Notes: generated by a model not told the origin, from the letters alone. 64,000 nt of DNA from Promethearchaeota archaeon (GCA_048937405.1 JBHLNF010000007.1:121336-185335), one strand, 5' to 3'; positions 1 to 10,386 are shown, counted from the stretch's first letter. Translations and numbers: made by a program.

Positions 1-88
1 TCAAATCTTTATTTAAAATCAATTAAAAAGATAAAAATTTTAAAGTTTGCATAATTCAAGTTCATATTCTGAGAATAATGTGAAGTAA

Positions 89-817
89 ATGGGAAAACGA
101 ATTTTAGCTCAAAGGAAAGGCAGAGGTGTCCTAGGATTCAGAAGTCCAAGTCATCGACATATAGGACAAGTAAAATATCGTCCATTCAAGAAAAATGAGA
201 AACTTTTTAAATTTAAAGTATTAGATCTCATTCATTCTCCAGGAAGAGGTGCTCCAATAGCCAAAATTCAATATGATGATAATACAAAAGGTCTATGGTT
301 ACCTCCAGAGGGAGTTTTTGTAGGTCAAGAATTTATCCAATCCAAAACGGGATACGGACAACCAATAGAAGTTGGAAATATTTTACCTTTAAAAAAGATG
401 CCTTTAGGAACTCTTGTTTTCAACATTGAATCAACACCTCAAGATGGTGGTAAATTTGCCAGAGCATCTGGAGTAGCTGCAATTGTGAGAAACAGATCAG
501 GAAACAAAGTCGAACTGCTCTTTCGATCAAAAAAAACTAAATGGATACATGGGGAGTGTTTAGCTACTGTTGGTGTAGTAGCTGGAGGCGGAAGAACAGA
601 TAAACCTTTTCTTAAAGCAGGAAATAAGTTCCACTATGTAAAATCTAAGGCTAAAAAATGGCCTGTCGTTCGTGGTGTCGCTATGGTAGCAGCTTCTCAT
701 CCCTATGGTGGAGGGGCCAAACAGAGTCCGCATAAACCCACAACTACCAGTAGAAACGCCCCACCTGGCAGAAAAGTAGGACAAATAGCTGCGAGAAGAA
801 CTGGACACCAAAACTAA
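89..817 (+). CDS. rpl2: 50S ribosomal protein L2 (uL2)
   Basis: MGKRILAQRKGRG start, GGKFARASG, WPVVRGVAM..HPYGGG, PPGRKVGQIAARRTG motifs of archaeal uL2. Confidence 0.98.
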   Translation: MGKRILAQRKGRGVLGFRSPSHRHIGQVKYRPFKKNEKLFKFKVLDLIHSPGRGAPIAKIQYDDNTKGLWLPPEGVFVGQEFIQSKTGYGQPIEVGNILPLKKMPLGTLVFNIESTPQDGGKFARASGVAAIVRNRSGNKVELLFRSKKTKWIHGECLATVGVVAGGGRTDKPFLKAGNKFHYVKSKAKKWPVVRGVAMVAASHPYGGGAKQSPHKPTTTSRNAPPGRKVGQIAARRTGHQN

Positions 818-1043
818 TCAATTTCATATATACTATTAATCTTAACATTTTCTATACAATAATTTTCTTCTTTTTCATTATTTTCGCCTTTATAATGATT
901 ATCAACAGATTTAAATATTCTATTCATTTAATATAATAATATATAATTATATATGATATTAATGCCAAAAATATACAAAGATATAAAAAATTTAAAAATT
1001 AATTGAATTATCTTTAAATTAGAAAATAAAAAGGACATCCAAT

Positions 1044-1814
1044 TTGAATATAAAAATTGTTTGCGGAACTCTAGTTGGTGGAAGCCCTCGACTTAGTGGA
1101 AGATATGACTATAAATTGAATTTAGAATTAGTAGGAATTGGAACTATGGACAAACCCTATTTAATTACATCTAAACTAGCATACCAAGATAAATTAGACC
1201 AGTTATATTTAAAAAAAAAAAAGGATTATAATTATGTTGATTTAAAGAATTATCCTTCTTTTTTAAAACAGCAGTACACTTTGAAAGGATATAAAATTAT
1301 ATATACATCTACACCTCAAAATAATTCTGATTCTTATAATAATGGGCTTTTTTCTATTTTTTTATCTGATTCAAATTCTTTCCTTGAATTTAAATATTTA
1401 TACTTAAAAAGCTTAGATCTGAGTAATTGCCAAAATATTTCAATTTCAGACAGTATACTAGAAGATATAATACTCAAAAATTGTTCTAATATCTCAATTC
1501 AGGAAGCAAATATTGGAAACCAAATGAAACTGTTAAATAGCTATGAAGTAAAATTTTCTAATTCTTATATTTATAAAATAGACGCATTATCATGTGGTAA
1601 TATAATTATTTCAAACTGCTCTATTGAGAAAATCTCAAAAAAATCAAAAAAAAATGTTCAAATAATAACTAAAGATAAAGCACCAATATTAAAAGATAAA
1701 ACTGAATTCCAAAATAACCAATTAAAACAAAAAACAATGTTTTGTCAGTATTGCAAATCAAAAATCAATTTGGATTCATTATTTTGTGATAATTGTGGTG
1801 AGAGAATTAATTAA
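1044..1814 (+). CDS. Hypothetical protein with beta-helix-like repeats and C-terminal zinc ribbon
   Basis: GxGTxDxPYxI motif, repeating LxNCxNIxIxxS units, C-terminal CxxC...CxxC. Confidence 0.6.
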   Translation: MNIKIVCGTLVGGSPRLSGRYDYKLNLELVGIGTMDKPYLITSKLAYQDKLDQLYLKKKKDYNYVDLKNYPSFLKQQYTLKGYKIIYTSTPQNNSDSYNNGLFSIFLSDSNSFLEFKYLYLKSLDLSNCQNISISDSILEDIILKNCSNISIQEANIGNQMKLLNSYEVKFSNSYIYKIDALSCGNIIISNCSIEKISKKSKKNVQIITKDKAPILKDKTEFQNNQLKQKTMFCQYCKSKINLDSLFCDNCGERIN

Positions 1815-1880
1815 TATCTAAAATCTCAAATTAAATAGAATATTAAATAAAAAAATAAATTTTAATACTGATAATCGAAT

Positions 1881-2186
1881 ATGGTTGAAAAAAAAAATAA
1901 AATAATAATTGTACGAATTTCAGCATTTTTAATAATTTTTTTAGCTTTTTTTTCTTCCTTGGCTTATTTTTGGATTTTTTCATTACCAATAATATTCGTT
2001 ATTTTTACCTATAATTATATATTAATAAAGAAAAAATCAGTAAAGATTAATGTCCTATCATTGAAAGAAAACTTGGATAAGTCAAATAATAAAGGGAAAT
2101 CTATTAATTTTTATTGCAAATTTTGTTTTTCAAAAAACAAAAAAGGGTCTCTAATTTGTAAGTTTTGTGGTAGTAAATTCAACTAA
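1881..2186 (+). CDS. Small membrane protein with C-terminal zinc ribbon
   Basis: Hydrophobic N-terminal segment, then CKFC...CKFC. Confidence 0.6.
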   Translation: MVEKKNKIIIVRISAFLIIFLAFFSSLAYFWIFSLPIIFVIFTYNYILIKKKSVKINVLSLKENLDKSNNKGKSINFYCKFCFSKNKKGSLICKFCGSKFN

Positions 2187-2272
2187 TATTAAAATTAATT
2201 ATATAATTAAAAAATTGGCCCCCAACCCTGGATAATTTAAAAAAAATGGAAATGGAAAAAAAAAACTTTTGC

Positions 2273-3169
2273 TTAATTTAGATTAACATTAAAATTAAAT
2301 GTTACATTATGTAAAAATTCTTTATATCGAGAGCGAAGTGTTACTTCAGTGACTCCTATTATTTTAGATATATCTTTCTGACTTACTTTTTGATTTTTTA
2401 GTTTCGCTACCAAATATATTGCACCTGCACATAAACCTTTAGGATCTTTTCCACAGATAGAAGTGTTCTCTATGAAATTCTGTAACACTTTTATAGCTTC
2501 CTTCTCTATATTAATCGATAAACCTAAATCAGCACAGTAGCGTGGAATAAGGGATACAGGATCAATATGAGGTGATTTTAAGTTCAATTCTCTTACTAAG
2601 ATCTTATAGCACTTCTTCACAATATTATCATTTATAGAAGCCTCATCTAAGATTTCTTGAAGAGTAATAGGAACTTTCTCCTGTTTGCATACATAATAAG
2701 CACATGCAGCAATCATACCATTTATAGATCTGCCCCTTAAGAGATTCCTTTTAAATACTTCTTTATATAATCGAACGGCTGATTTTTTTACACGTTCTGG
2801 AAAATTGAGATTACCTCCAATTCTCTTTAATTCAGTTATAGCAATTAACATATTACGTTTTTCCCAAGATAAGTGAGTATTCCATTTCGCGGCTCTTCTT
2901 AAATCGGGATTTTTAATTTTTGTCCGATCAATTATCGTACTCAACCCGATGTCAGGCATTAAAATTGAAATCGGACATCCCGTTCGTTCTTTTTTATCTT
3001 TCTCTTGCTTAGAATAAGCCCTTATACCACTGTGAGATACATCAACGGCTTTTTCAGATACTACTAAACCGCAATGTTGACATACTATCTCCCCTCTCTG
3101 ATGAATATCTATTGTTGATCCACCACATTCAGGACAAAAACCAGTTTGAGGTGAAATTTCTACAACCAT
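2273..3169 (-). CDS. tfb: Transcription initiation factor IIB (TFB) paralog
   Basis: CPECG/CQHCG zinc ribbon, LLRGRS, GKDPKGLCAGAIY, GVTEVTLRSRYKE cyclin-fold motifs. Confidence 0.96.
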   Translation of the reverse strand: MVVEISPQTGFCPECGGSTIDIHQRGEIVCQHCGLVVSEKAVDVSHSGIRAYSKQEKDKKERTGCPISILMPDIGLSTIIDRTKIKNPDLRRAAKWNTHLSWEKRNMLIAITELKRIGGNLNFPERVKKSAVRLYKEVFKRNLLRGRSINGMIAACAYYVCKQEKVPITLQEILDEASINDNIVKKCYKILVRELNLKSPHIDPVSLIPRYCADLGLSINIEKEAIKVLQNFIENTSICGKDPKGLCAGAIYLVAKLKNQKVSQKDISKIIGVTEVTLRSRYKEFLHNVTFNFNVNLN

Positions 3170-3774
3170 TGTTTAAACCCTTATCAAAAAATATTTAATA
3201 TTAGCTTTTTTTACACACACAATAGAAAAGAATTTTTCTTTTGTTGTAAAAAAGAATATTTGTTATTATAAAATATTAATCATTTACTGATATTTAAATG
3301 TTATTGTGATAACAAATAATTATTAATACTCTTTATTTGTATAAAAAGATATCTAGATAAATTTTTTTTTATAATTATTGTTAGTACAAACTATTAATTA
3401 ATTTGTTTAAAATTATTATAATATACACAATATATTTTTATTCGATTTATTTTATAACAAATAAAATAACCTACTCTAATTTTAATGAAATACAAGATAA
3501 GTAGGGCAATAATTCTAATTTTTTCATATACAAATACGAATTAATCAAAATTTTTTTTATCTTTTTGTGTACAAATTAATATTCACAAGAACGATTATCA
3601 AATAAAAAAATGTTAAATAATAGTTTTTTTATTAAATGTTCAAGCAAAAACTAGTTAGGATTAGGTTGTACAAAAATTAACCCCATTAAAAATACTGAGG
3701 AAAATGACAGCAATGATGATGAAGAAGAGTATCATATCAATAATAATGACAATTCTTTTGAAAAAACAGAAGAA

Positions 3775-4608
3775 ATGAAAAAATATGAGAAGGAAACTGG
3801 GCGTTATGCTATTTGGCGGGGTGTAATAACTGAAGGTTTTAGAAGGTGGCAAAAAGGAGAGAAAGTGTATCATAGAGATAAAGAACGTATCTCTTTGTAT
3901 GTATCTGAAGATACAAAATTAAAATGGTTAAATTATACTAAAAATAATGGAGAATTAACCATTTCTAAGTTAATAAGGGAAGCAGTTTCATCATTTATAG
4001 AAAGTAAATCTAATGGATCTCAACATAGTTTATCAAAATTAAATCCTCAAACAATTTCAAATATTTCTCACACCTTAAAAGAACCATTAACTTCAATTAA
4101 GGGGTATTCACAATTATTACTTGAGAATTACAGGGAGAAATTGAATAATCAGGTTCTAGATACTGTAAGAAATATCTTTGAACAGAGCATCCTCCTTGAG
4201 AAGAAAATAATAAATATTTTAGATAATATAAAAGTAGAATCTGAGTATGATGTGTTATTAATAGAAGATGATCTCGCGACTATTAGATTAATATCAAGTT
4301 ATTTTGAGAGTAAGGGATTCAGATGTAGAGGTGTAGTGAGCGGTTCAAAAGGTTTGGAGGAATTAGGAAACACAATTCCAAAATTAATTTTATTGGATAT
4401 AATCTTGCCTGATCTGAGTGGGTATGATATCTGTAAAACGATCAAGTCGGATAAAGAATGGACTAAAATTCCAATTTTCTTTTTAACAGCTATAGCGGGA
4501 AGTGAAGTCGAAAAGAACTTATCTGACACAAAAGCAGATGGCTATATTTTAAAACCTTTTAATTTCTCTGATTTTGAAATAATTTTTGATATATTAAATA
4601 AAAGTTAA
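3775..4608 (+). CDS. RHH + HisKA-like + receiver-domain regulator (paralog 1)
   Basis: RISLYVSEDTK..ISKLIREAV (RHH), ISHTLKEPLTSIKGYSQLL (H-box), LLIEDD..LLDIILPD..KPF (receiver); frame is open upstream to 3655. Confidence 0.85.
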   Translation: MKKYEKETGRYAIWRGVITEGFRRWQKGEKVYHRDKERISLYVSEDTKLKWLNYTKNNGELTISKLIREAVSSFIESKSNGSQHSLSKLNPQTISNISHTLKEPLTSIKGYSQLLLENYREKLNNQVLDTVRNIFEQSILLEKKIINILDNIKVESEYDVLLIEDDLATIRLISSYFESKGFRCRGVVSGSKGLEELGNTIPKLILLDIILPDLSGYDICKTIKSDKEWTKIPIFFLTAIAGSEVEKNLSDTKADGYILKPFNFSDFEIIFDILNKS

Positions 4609-4883
4609 GACGAAAATAGCTCTTTAACAATTATACTATTCTTAAAGATTGATTAAATTAGATCTTAAAAATATAAGTATTGGCTTTTATTGTGATAATA
4701 TTATTAATAGATAATAAAAAAAATATATAAGTGGATAAAAAACTACATTATAGTGAAATTAATTGTAAATATTAATTGAATCCATCTAGATTGTTATTAA
4801 AAAAGAAAAATGGATGGAGTTTGATATAAAAAACGTAAAATGTTTTTGCATATCTTTGCATATCTATTCACCAGTACCTATTA

Positions 4884-5894
4884 GTGTTTACAAAAATTGT
4901 AAGATATGATAAAAAAAGAGAGATGAGAAAAATTTCAAAAGATTCTAAAACCAAAAAAAATACGAGTGAAAAACCTACAAGAGATGCATCCGAAAGAAGA
5001 AGTATGACTGATAAAGAGATTGCTAATCTTGATTTAGAGAGTAAGGAAGCTAAACAACTCATGGAAGAATATCAAGAAGAAACCGATAAATATGCTATTT
5101 GGCGTGGTTCTATTACAGAAGGATTTAAAAAGTGGTTAAAAGGTGAAAAAATATATGACAGAGATAAAGAAAGAATCTCTCTTTACGTATCAGAAGAGAC
5201 TAAGCAGAATTGGCAAGATTTTAAAGAATTAAATAATTATTCAACAATCTCAGCTTTGATTAGAGAGAGTGTTGACTATTATATTGAACAAAAATCAGAT
5301 CTTTTTGGAGAAGGATTGCGTAGGATGGATGATAAGACCATTTCAAACATCTCTCATGCCTTAAAGGAGCCATTAACAACCATTAAGGGGTTCAGTCAGC
5401 TTCTTTTAGAAAATTATAATGATGAATTAAATGAAGAAGTACTGGTTACTATCAAAAATATTTTTGATCAGAGTTTACTCCTTGAAAATAAGATTATTAA
5501 TATTTTAGATAATATTGCTATAGAAGAACCACATCCCCAATATGATATATTATTAATTGAAGATGATTTAGCAACAATTCGATTACTTACGAGTTACTTC
5601 GAAAGCAAAGGATATAAATGTAAAGGAGTGGTGAGCGGAACAAAAGGCTTAGAAGAGTTAAGAGGAGGTATTCCTAGACTTATTTTATTAGATATCATCC
5701 TACCAGATATTTCAGGTTATGAAATCTGCAAAATGATTAAGGATCATAAAAAGTATAAAGATATACCTGTGTATTTATTAACAGCAATCCCGGGATCAGA
5801 AGTAGAGAAGAAAATGGGTGAAACTCATGCTGATGGATATATTTTAAAACCATTTGATTTTTCGGATTTTGAAGTTGTATTTAAATATTTATAA
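4884..5894 (+). CDS. RHH + HisKA-like + receiver-domain regulator (paralog 2)
   Basis: Same architecture and high similarity to 3775..4608; true start may be a downstream ATG. Confidence 0.85.
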   Translation: MFTKIVRYDKKREMRKISKDSKTKKNTSEKPTRDASERRSMTDKEIANLDLESKEAKQLMEEYQEETDKYAIWRGSITEGFKKWLKGEKIYDRDKERISLYVSEETKQNWQDFKELNNYSTISALIRESVDYYIEQKSDLFGEGLRRMDDKTISNISHALKEPLTTIKGFSQLLLENYNDELNEEVLVTIKNIFDQSLLLENKIINILDNIAIEEPHPQYDILLIEDDLATIRLLTSYFESKGYKCKGVVSGTKGLEELRGGIPRLILLDIILPDISGYEICKMIKDHKKYKDIPVYLLTAIPGSEVEKKMGETHADGYILKPFDFSDFEVVFKYL

Positions 5895-5942
5895 TTTTTT
5901 TAGATTAATTCTAAGTTTTATCCTTTTTTCTCAAAAAATTAA

Positions 5943-6046
5943 CGGGCTATGAGGGAATTTCGCGCTCACCATTCTTTAAAGAGCGATTCGAACCCCCGAC
6001 CTGCCGGTTAAGAGCCGGTTGCGCTACCTGCCTGCGCCAATAGCCC
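5943..6046 (-). tRNA. tRNA-Lys(CTT) with a 30-nt T-loop (59/60) intron at 5957-5986
   Basis: Acceptor GGGCTAT/ATAGCCC, anticodon loop CT-CTT-AA, BHB helix UUCG/CGAA with bulges AA|U and AU|U, intron stem CGCUC/GAGCG. Confidence 0.93.
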
Positions 6047-6085
6047 ATATATTATACCATATATTACCGATTGAAAGCTATAATA

Positions 6086-6187
6086 CGCAGATGGAGGGAC
6101 TCGAACCCCCGAGCGCTCACGCGCACCGGCTCACTCGGTTGTGAAAAACACTCAAGGCCGGCGTCTTACCAGCTAGGCTACATCTGC
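6086..6187 (-). tRNA. tRNA-Ser(TGA) with a 19-nt canonical (37/38) intron at 6132-6150
   Basis: Acceptor GCAGATG/CATCTGC, long variable arm, BHB helix CUUG/CGAG with bulges AG|U and UG|A. Confidence 0.93.
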
Positions 6188-6365
6188 AATTATATAACCA
6201 TAAATAAATTGTTCATAAATCGTAATTAATGGCTATTAAATTAGAGTATATTCTATAAAATAAATTTTTTTCATTTTGTACTGCTTTTAAAACTATTTTC
6301 TTGCATTAGATAAAGAAAACTATAAATTTTATGCTACATTGACCTCTAATTGAGTTGGGTAAGAA

Positions 6366-6854
6366 ATGAGCGCGGCAAAGGATTTTCGTTATTTAATACC
6401 TGAAAGTTTATTCAAAGAGATTACTCAAAAGGCAGCGGAAGAGTACCCTATGATAGTTCATGGGTGGTTGTTTGCCGATCGTAAAGAAAATTTTGGAATC
6501 TGCAAAAAGTTCATTATGAACCCTGATTTACGAAAAAACAAAGTCCATGTCAAACCAAGAAGTTGGATGCGCTACAAAAAGTCTAAAATCTATAACATGC
6601 GCAAGTTTAAAGCCGAACTGGGGGTAGACATTGTATGGATGTGGCATAGTCACCCTTCTGGTAATGACAAACTTCATACAATTGATAAAAGAATATTAAA
6701 ATATTTATCTAATGGTGTTATGATTATCGTAGTACCTCCAGTTCCAGATAAAACACCAGAACAAAAAGCTCATTTAGTAGGCTGGTATTACGATAAACGA
6801 TACACAAAAAAACCAATCATCGAAAAAATGGTTTTTGAGATAATTTCTGAATAG
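6366..6854 (+). CDS. JAB/MPN (JAMM-like) domain protein
   Basis: WHSHPSG...ID metal motif; YPxxVHGWL at the position of the PxExxG motif. Confidence 0.75.
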   Translation: MSAAKDFRYLIPESLFKEITQKAAEEYPMIVHGWLFADRKENFGICKKFIMNPDLRKNKVHVKPRSWMRYKKSKIYNMRKFKAELGVDIVWMWHSHPSGNDKLHTIDKRILKYLSNGVMIIVVPPVPDKTPEQKAHLVGWYYDKRYTKKPIIEKMVFEIISE

Positions 6855-6943
6855 AAAGTATTTTTAAATAGTTTAATTTCTTTTTCCTTTATTTTTTTGA
6901 GTTTTATAATAAAATATTAAAGTGTTATATTTGATGTATCAAA

Positions 6944-7056
6944 CGCTCAGGGTGGGATTTTCCAAAATATGCTAAATGCAACATTTTTTCGAACCCACGA
7001 ATCCATTGGACACCGGTTTAGCAGACCGGCGCTCTACCAGGCTAAGCGACCTGAGC
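6944..7056 (-). tRNA. tRNA-Ser(GCT) with a 30-nt T-loop (59/60) intron at 6958-6987
   Basis: Acceptor GCTCAGG/CCTGAGC, loop CT-GCT-AA, long variable arm, relaxed BHB (UUCG/GGAA) with intron stem AAAUGU/AUAUUU. Confidence 0.92.
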
Positions 7057-7150
7057 AGGAACTTAAAAAGAAATGCTGTAATTGAATTAATTTAAATTCA
7101 ATTATTTTATAAATAACAATTAAAAACTTTAATAATTTTTGTTTTGATAC

Positions 7151-7340
7151 TTACTCTTTGCCTTCTTTAATATCCTTTTTAGACCAATATCCTCTCGGTG
7201 GAGTGTTAATATCCCAGATTTTGCACCATTTACATATAGTATGGTCCGAGACTTGATTTTTTTTGGCAATTTCTGTCTTCGACATCTTCCATACAAGTTC
7301 TTTAAGTTATTCCTTGTTTAATTTAAATTTTCTTTTTGAA
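7151..7340 (-). pseudogene. Remnant of an HTH (PPRGYW-type) DNA-binding domain
   Basis: Translates SKRKFKLNKE*LKELVWKMSKTEIAKKNQVSDHTICKWCKIWDINTPPRGYWSKK..., with an in-frame TAA. Confidence 0.65.
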
Positions 7341-7469
7341 TGAATTTATAATGTTTCTTACTATTCTTTAATATGTTTTGGATGATTTCATATTTTAAAA
7401 GAGAAACCAGTGAAGAAAGCGCTATTTCTAGTTAGAATAATATTTAGAAAAAATGGTAAAAATAAAAAA

Positions 7470-8984
7470 TTAGAGTTTATAAAAATCTGCCCAGACCATT
7501 CGCTCTTCCTTAAAAGGATCATCGACTAATTTTACTTCAGGTCCAAAGAACATTGTGGACCTATTTTCAATGTCATAAGGATTCCATTTGGAAATACCCT
7601 CATGGTTAGGATTACCGTTTTGAGCAAATGAAATCCAAGAGCTCATCATCTTTTCACTCAGAATATCGGTTTCTTTACTTCTTTTTGGATAAATCAAACT
7701 TGCTTTATCGCCAAGTGTTCCAAAAACAAACTCAATTTCGAGGGCATGACACGCACCTAAAATTCCTCCCATTTCAGGTGTTTTATAAGTAAAAAGATAA
7801 GAATAGACATTAGGTTGGTGTTTAAATTGAGCTTCTGCTAATCGTATAGCAGACATTCTAAATCTGAAATCTGTTGATATTGCGTCTAAAATATCCTGAG
7901 GGTTTGTTGGTAGTTTTCCCTCCCGTGCTTTTTTATATGTCTCGATAATTTTCCGAGCCACTGCTTCATCTTGATTAAAAAGACGTATCATCCTATGGGT
8001 ACTATTAAATAAGCCCTCTTCGCTAAGTATTTCCCTTGAAGGCATTAAAGCTGTATATAGTTTCGCTTCATCCTGGTTTGTACCAACAATAAGTTCCACA
8101 TCGGAGGCAAATCCTTCACGAAGTGCTTCAAGGGGATGTTTTGGCAATGTTTTTTTATCGATATAAACACCGTATGGAAAATTTCTTCCTGTTGCACGAG
8201 CTTCCAACTCCATTTTCGTTTGGACTTCTACTATTTTTTGTGTTGGGACCTTTTTTAATGCTTCAATGTTGATTTTTTTTATACCTAAAGTTGTCATAAT
8301 ACGTTCAGCGCCTCTGGTTCCATTTTCAGGTTTATACCATAGAGGATGAGCTGCTCCACTTTGAGAAATTACCCGATTAAATAAACCTTTTGCTGGAGGC
8401 ATAGCCAATAAAGTAGAAACTGCTGCTCCACCAGCTGATTCACCAAAAATTGTCACATTGTTTGGATCACCTCCAAAAAGCATGACATTATCTCGAACCC
8501 ATTGAAGTGCGGTGATTTGATCCAATTGTCCTAAATTCGCAATTTCGTCTTGAATGAAAATATACCCGAATATTCCAAGACGATAATTTATTGAAATGAC
8601 TACAACATCACCAAATTTGACCATATTAGTTCCATTCGTAAGTGAACCACTACCAAAAGAAAATCCCCCCCCATGTATCCAAAATAGAACGGGTCGCTTC
8701 ATATCATCTATTCCTGGTGTCCACACATTTAAGGTTAAACATTTTTCTTCATCTTGTGGTGGGCGTGGCTTAGGAGTAAATGGTGAATCTCTCTGAGGTA
8801 CTTCAGGACCGAATTTTGTACAATCGAGAATACCACTCCAAGGCTTTTTTCGGATTGAGGGTTTGAATCTTAGTTCTCCAACAGGTGGTTCTGCATATGG
8901 AATTCCTTTGAAGATATTTATCCCATCTGCTTCATATCCTTTAATTTTGCCCTGTTTGATTTCAATAATTATCTCTTTTTCCAT
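7470..8984 (-). CDS. Carboxylesterase type B (para-nitrobenzyl esterase family)
   Basis: FKGIPYAEPP, WIHGGGF, FGESAGG nucleophile, GACHALE. Confidence 0.95.
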   Translation of the reverse strand: MEKEIIIEIKQGKIKGYEADGINIFKGIPYAEPPVGELRFKPSIRKKPWSGILDCTKFGPEVPQRDSPFTPKPRPPQDEEKCLTLNVWTPGIDDMKRPVLFWIHGGGFSFGSGSLTNGTNMVKFGDVVVISINYRLGIFGYIFIQDEIANLGQLDQITALQWVRDNVMLFGGDPNNVTIFGESAGGAAVSTLLAMPPAKGLFNRVISQSGAAHPLWYKPENGTRGAERIMTTLGIKKINIEALKKVPTQKIVEVQTKMELEARATGRNFPYGVYIDKKTLPKHPLEALREGFASDVELIVGTNQDEAKLYTALMPSREILSEEGLFNSTHRMIRLFNQDEAVARKIIETYKKAREGKLPTNPQDILDAISTDFRFRMSAIRLAEAQFKHQPNVYSYLFTYKTPEMGGILGACHALEIEFVFGTLGDKASLIYPKRSKETDILSEKMMSSWISFAQNGNPNHEGISKWNPYDIENRSTMFFGPEVKLVDDPFKEERMVWADFYKL

Positions 8985-9424
8985 TATTATACCATCAATT
9001 TAAATTATTTCAGTGTTATTTTTAAATATACTTATAAATAAAATTCTCTTATGAACTAAAATCTTTAGGAATTTTATCATCAATTTAATTTTTAGATCAT
9101 TTAATTGCATTTTCGTTAGATTTTCTACTCTCAACAGTTGCTCCCTAAAATTAAAAAAAAAAAATTTGTATTGCAAGTTTAAAACCAATGATAATAGTAT
9201 CCTCATATAATTTGGAAAGTTATATATTTTGGGTTGAGCTCCCTGAATAAGAAAGATATTTTATAGAAAAATCGTTTTAGACTAGTAATTCGGAAAAGAA
9301 GAAAGCAAAATTTTGATGTTCCTTATTTTTACAAAGAATCATTAAAGAGATGTCATAAAAAAGCTTTTTATACAAAAATTTTAATTAAAGTCAAAATTAA
9401 TCCTTATTATAAATTTATTAAATT

Positions 9425-9590
9425 GGGCCAGTGGTCTAGTGGTTATGGTTCAATTTTTTTAAAAACTTGAATAATAGACGTCGCGCTAATTTAATAGTAA
9501 ATATATTAAATCGTGACTACACCGCGAAGGTCGAGAGTTCAATTAGAAAAAAAAATTCTTTTCTTCTTGGAATCCTCTCCTGGCCCACCA
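9425..9590 (+). tRNA. tRNA-Val(TAC) with three 30-nt BHB introns (9448-9477, 9488-9517, 9544-9573) and encoded CCA
   Basis: Removing the three inserts gives a 76-nt cloverleaf GGGCCAG...TCGCG CT-TAC-AC CGCGA...CTGGCCC-A-CCA; each insert has a 4-bp helix and two 3-nt bulges. Confidence 0.93.
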
Positions 9591-9603
9591 TTTTTTTTTC
9601 ATA

Positions 9604-10386
9604 TTAGAGGATTTTTTTTATCTTGCTAGGTCTTATTGCACTTAATTTACAATTAGTAAAATTGTTTCCTACATGAGAAATAATTCCAGGAGCATCAGAT
9701 CCCTCTTTTAGTAATACTATATTTTCTAAAAATCCAAATCTCTTTACAGTTATAATATCTCTGAAATGACCTTTTTTGTTTATTATTTTCTTGAATTGAC
9801 CTTTAGTTTCACCGCTTAAAAACACACCCTCAATGTTTTCTTCAAGTATTTTCTTATAGAATTCCAAAGTTTTTGGTGCAATTTCCCCTAGTAATTTATT
9901 GTTTATTGTATCAATTTCAGTAATTTTAATATTTACAGGAAAATGATCAATAAAATCATAAGCATCAATAATTTGTTTTAAAGATCTCTCCTTTCCTTGA
10001 CATAATTGTTTTCTTAAAGTATGTAAATTTATAAGAACATCTGCATGTGGATTTACAATGGCACAATCAACAAACAGACCGAATCCAACTTTCCCTACAT
10101 CAACTAACGATCCCCTATATTCCTTGCCCACCTTAATATCCTTAAATTCATTAACGCTTCCGATTTCTTTCTTTAATAAATTATAGATAAACCTTTCTTC
10201 TGGACCACTGATTGTAATCTCGAATCTTTTATCAAATTTTCTTAATTTCTTAATCATTATTGAAGTCTGTAAAAACCCCTTTATGTGTTCTTTCAAATAT
10301 TTAAGATATCTAAGGTAAATATCTTCTTTCTTTCCTCGATTCGAGATATTATAGACTTTATCAAATAATACTAACTTTTGTACCAT
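9604..10386 (-). CDS. DUF2110 family protein (S1-like)
   Basis: GSLVDVGKVGFGLFVDC and GSDAPGIISHVG motifs typical of archaeal DUF2110. Confidence 0.75.
   Translation of the reverse strand: MVQKLVLFDKVYNISNRGKKEDIYLRYLKYLKEHIKGFLQTSIMIKKLRKFDKRFEITISGPEERFIYNLLKKEIGSVNEFKDIKVGKEYRGSLVDVGKVGFGLFVDCAIVNPHADVLINLHTLRKQLCQGKERSLKQIIDAYDFIDHFPVNIKITEIDTINNKLLGEIAPKTLEFYKKILEENIEGVFLSGETKGQFKKIINKKGHFRDIITVKRFGFLENIVLLKEGSDAPGIISHVGNNFTNCKLSAIRPSKIKKIL

Noticed and set aside
2214-2236. G/C-rich patch downstream of tfb (GGCCCCCAACCCTGG)
   Set aside because: Too short and weakly structured to call as an RNA element without comparative data
9000-9360. 68-aa ORF and possible decayed coding sequence between the esterase and tRNA-Val
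   Set aside because: Low complexity, multiple stops, no family recognisable by eye
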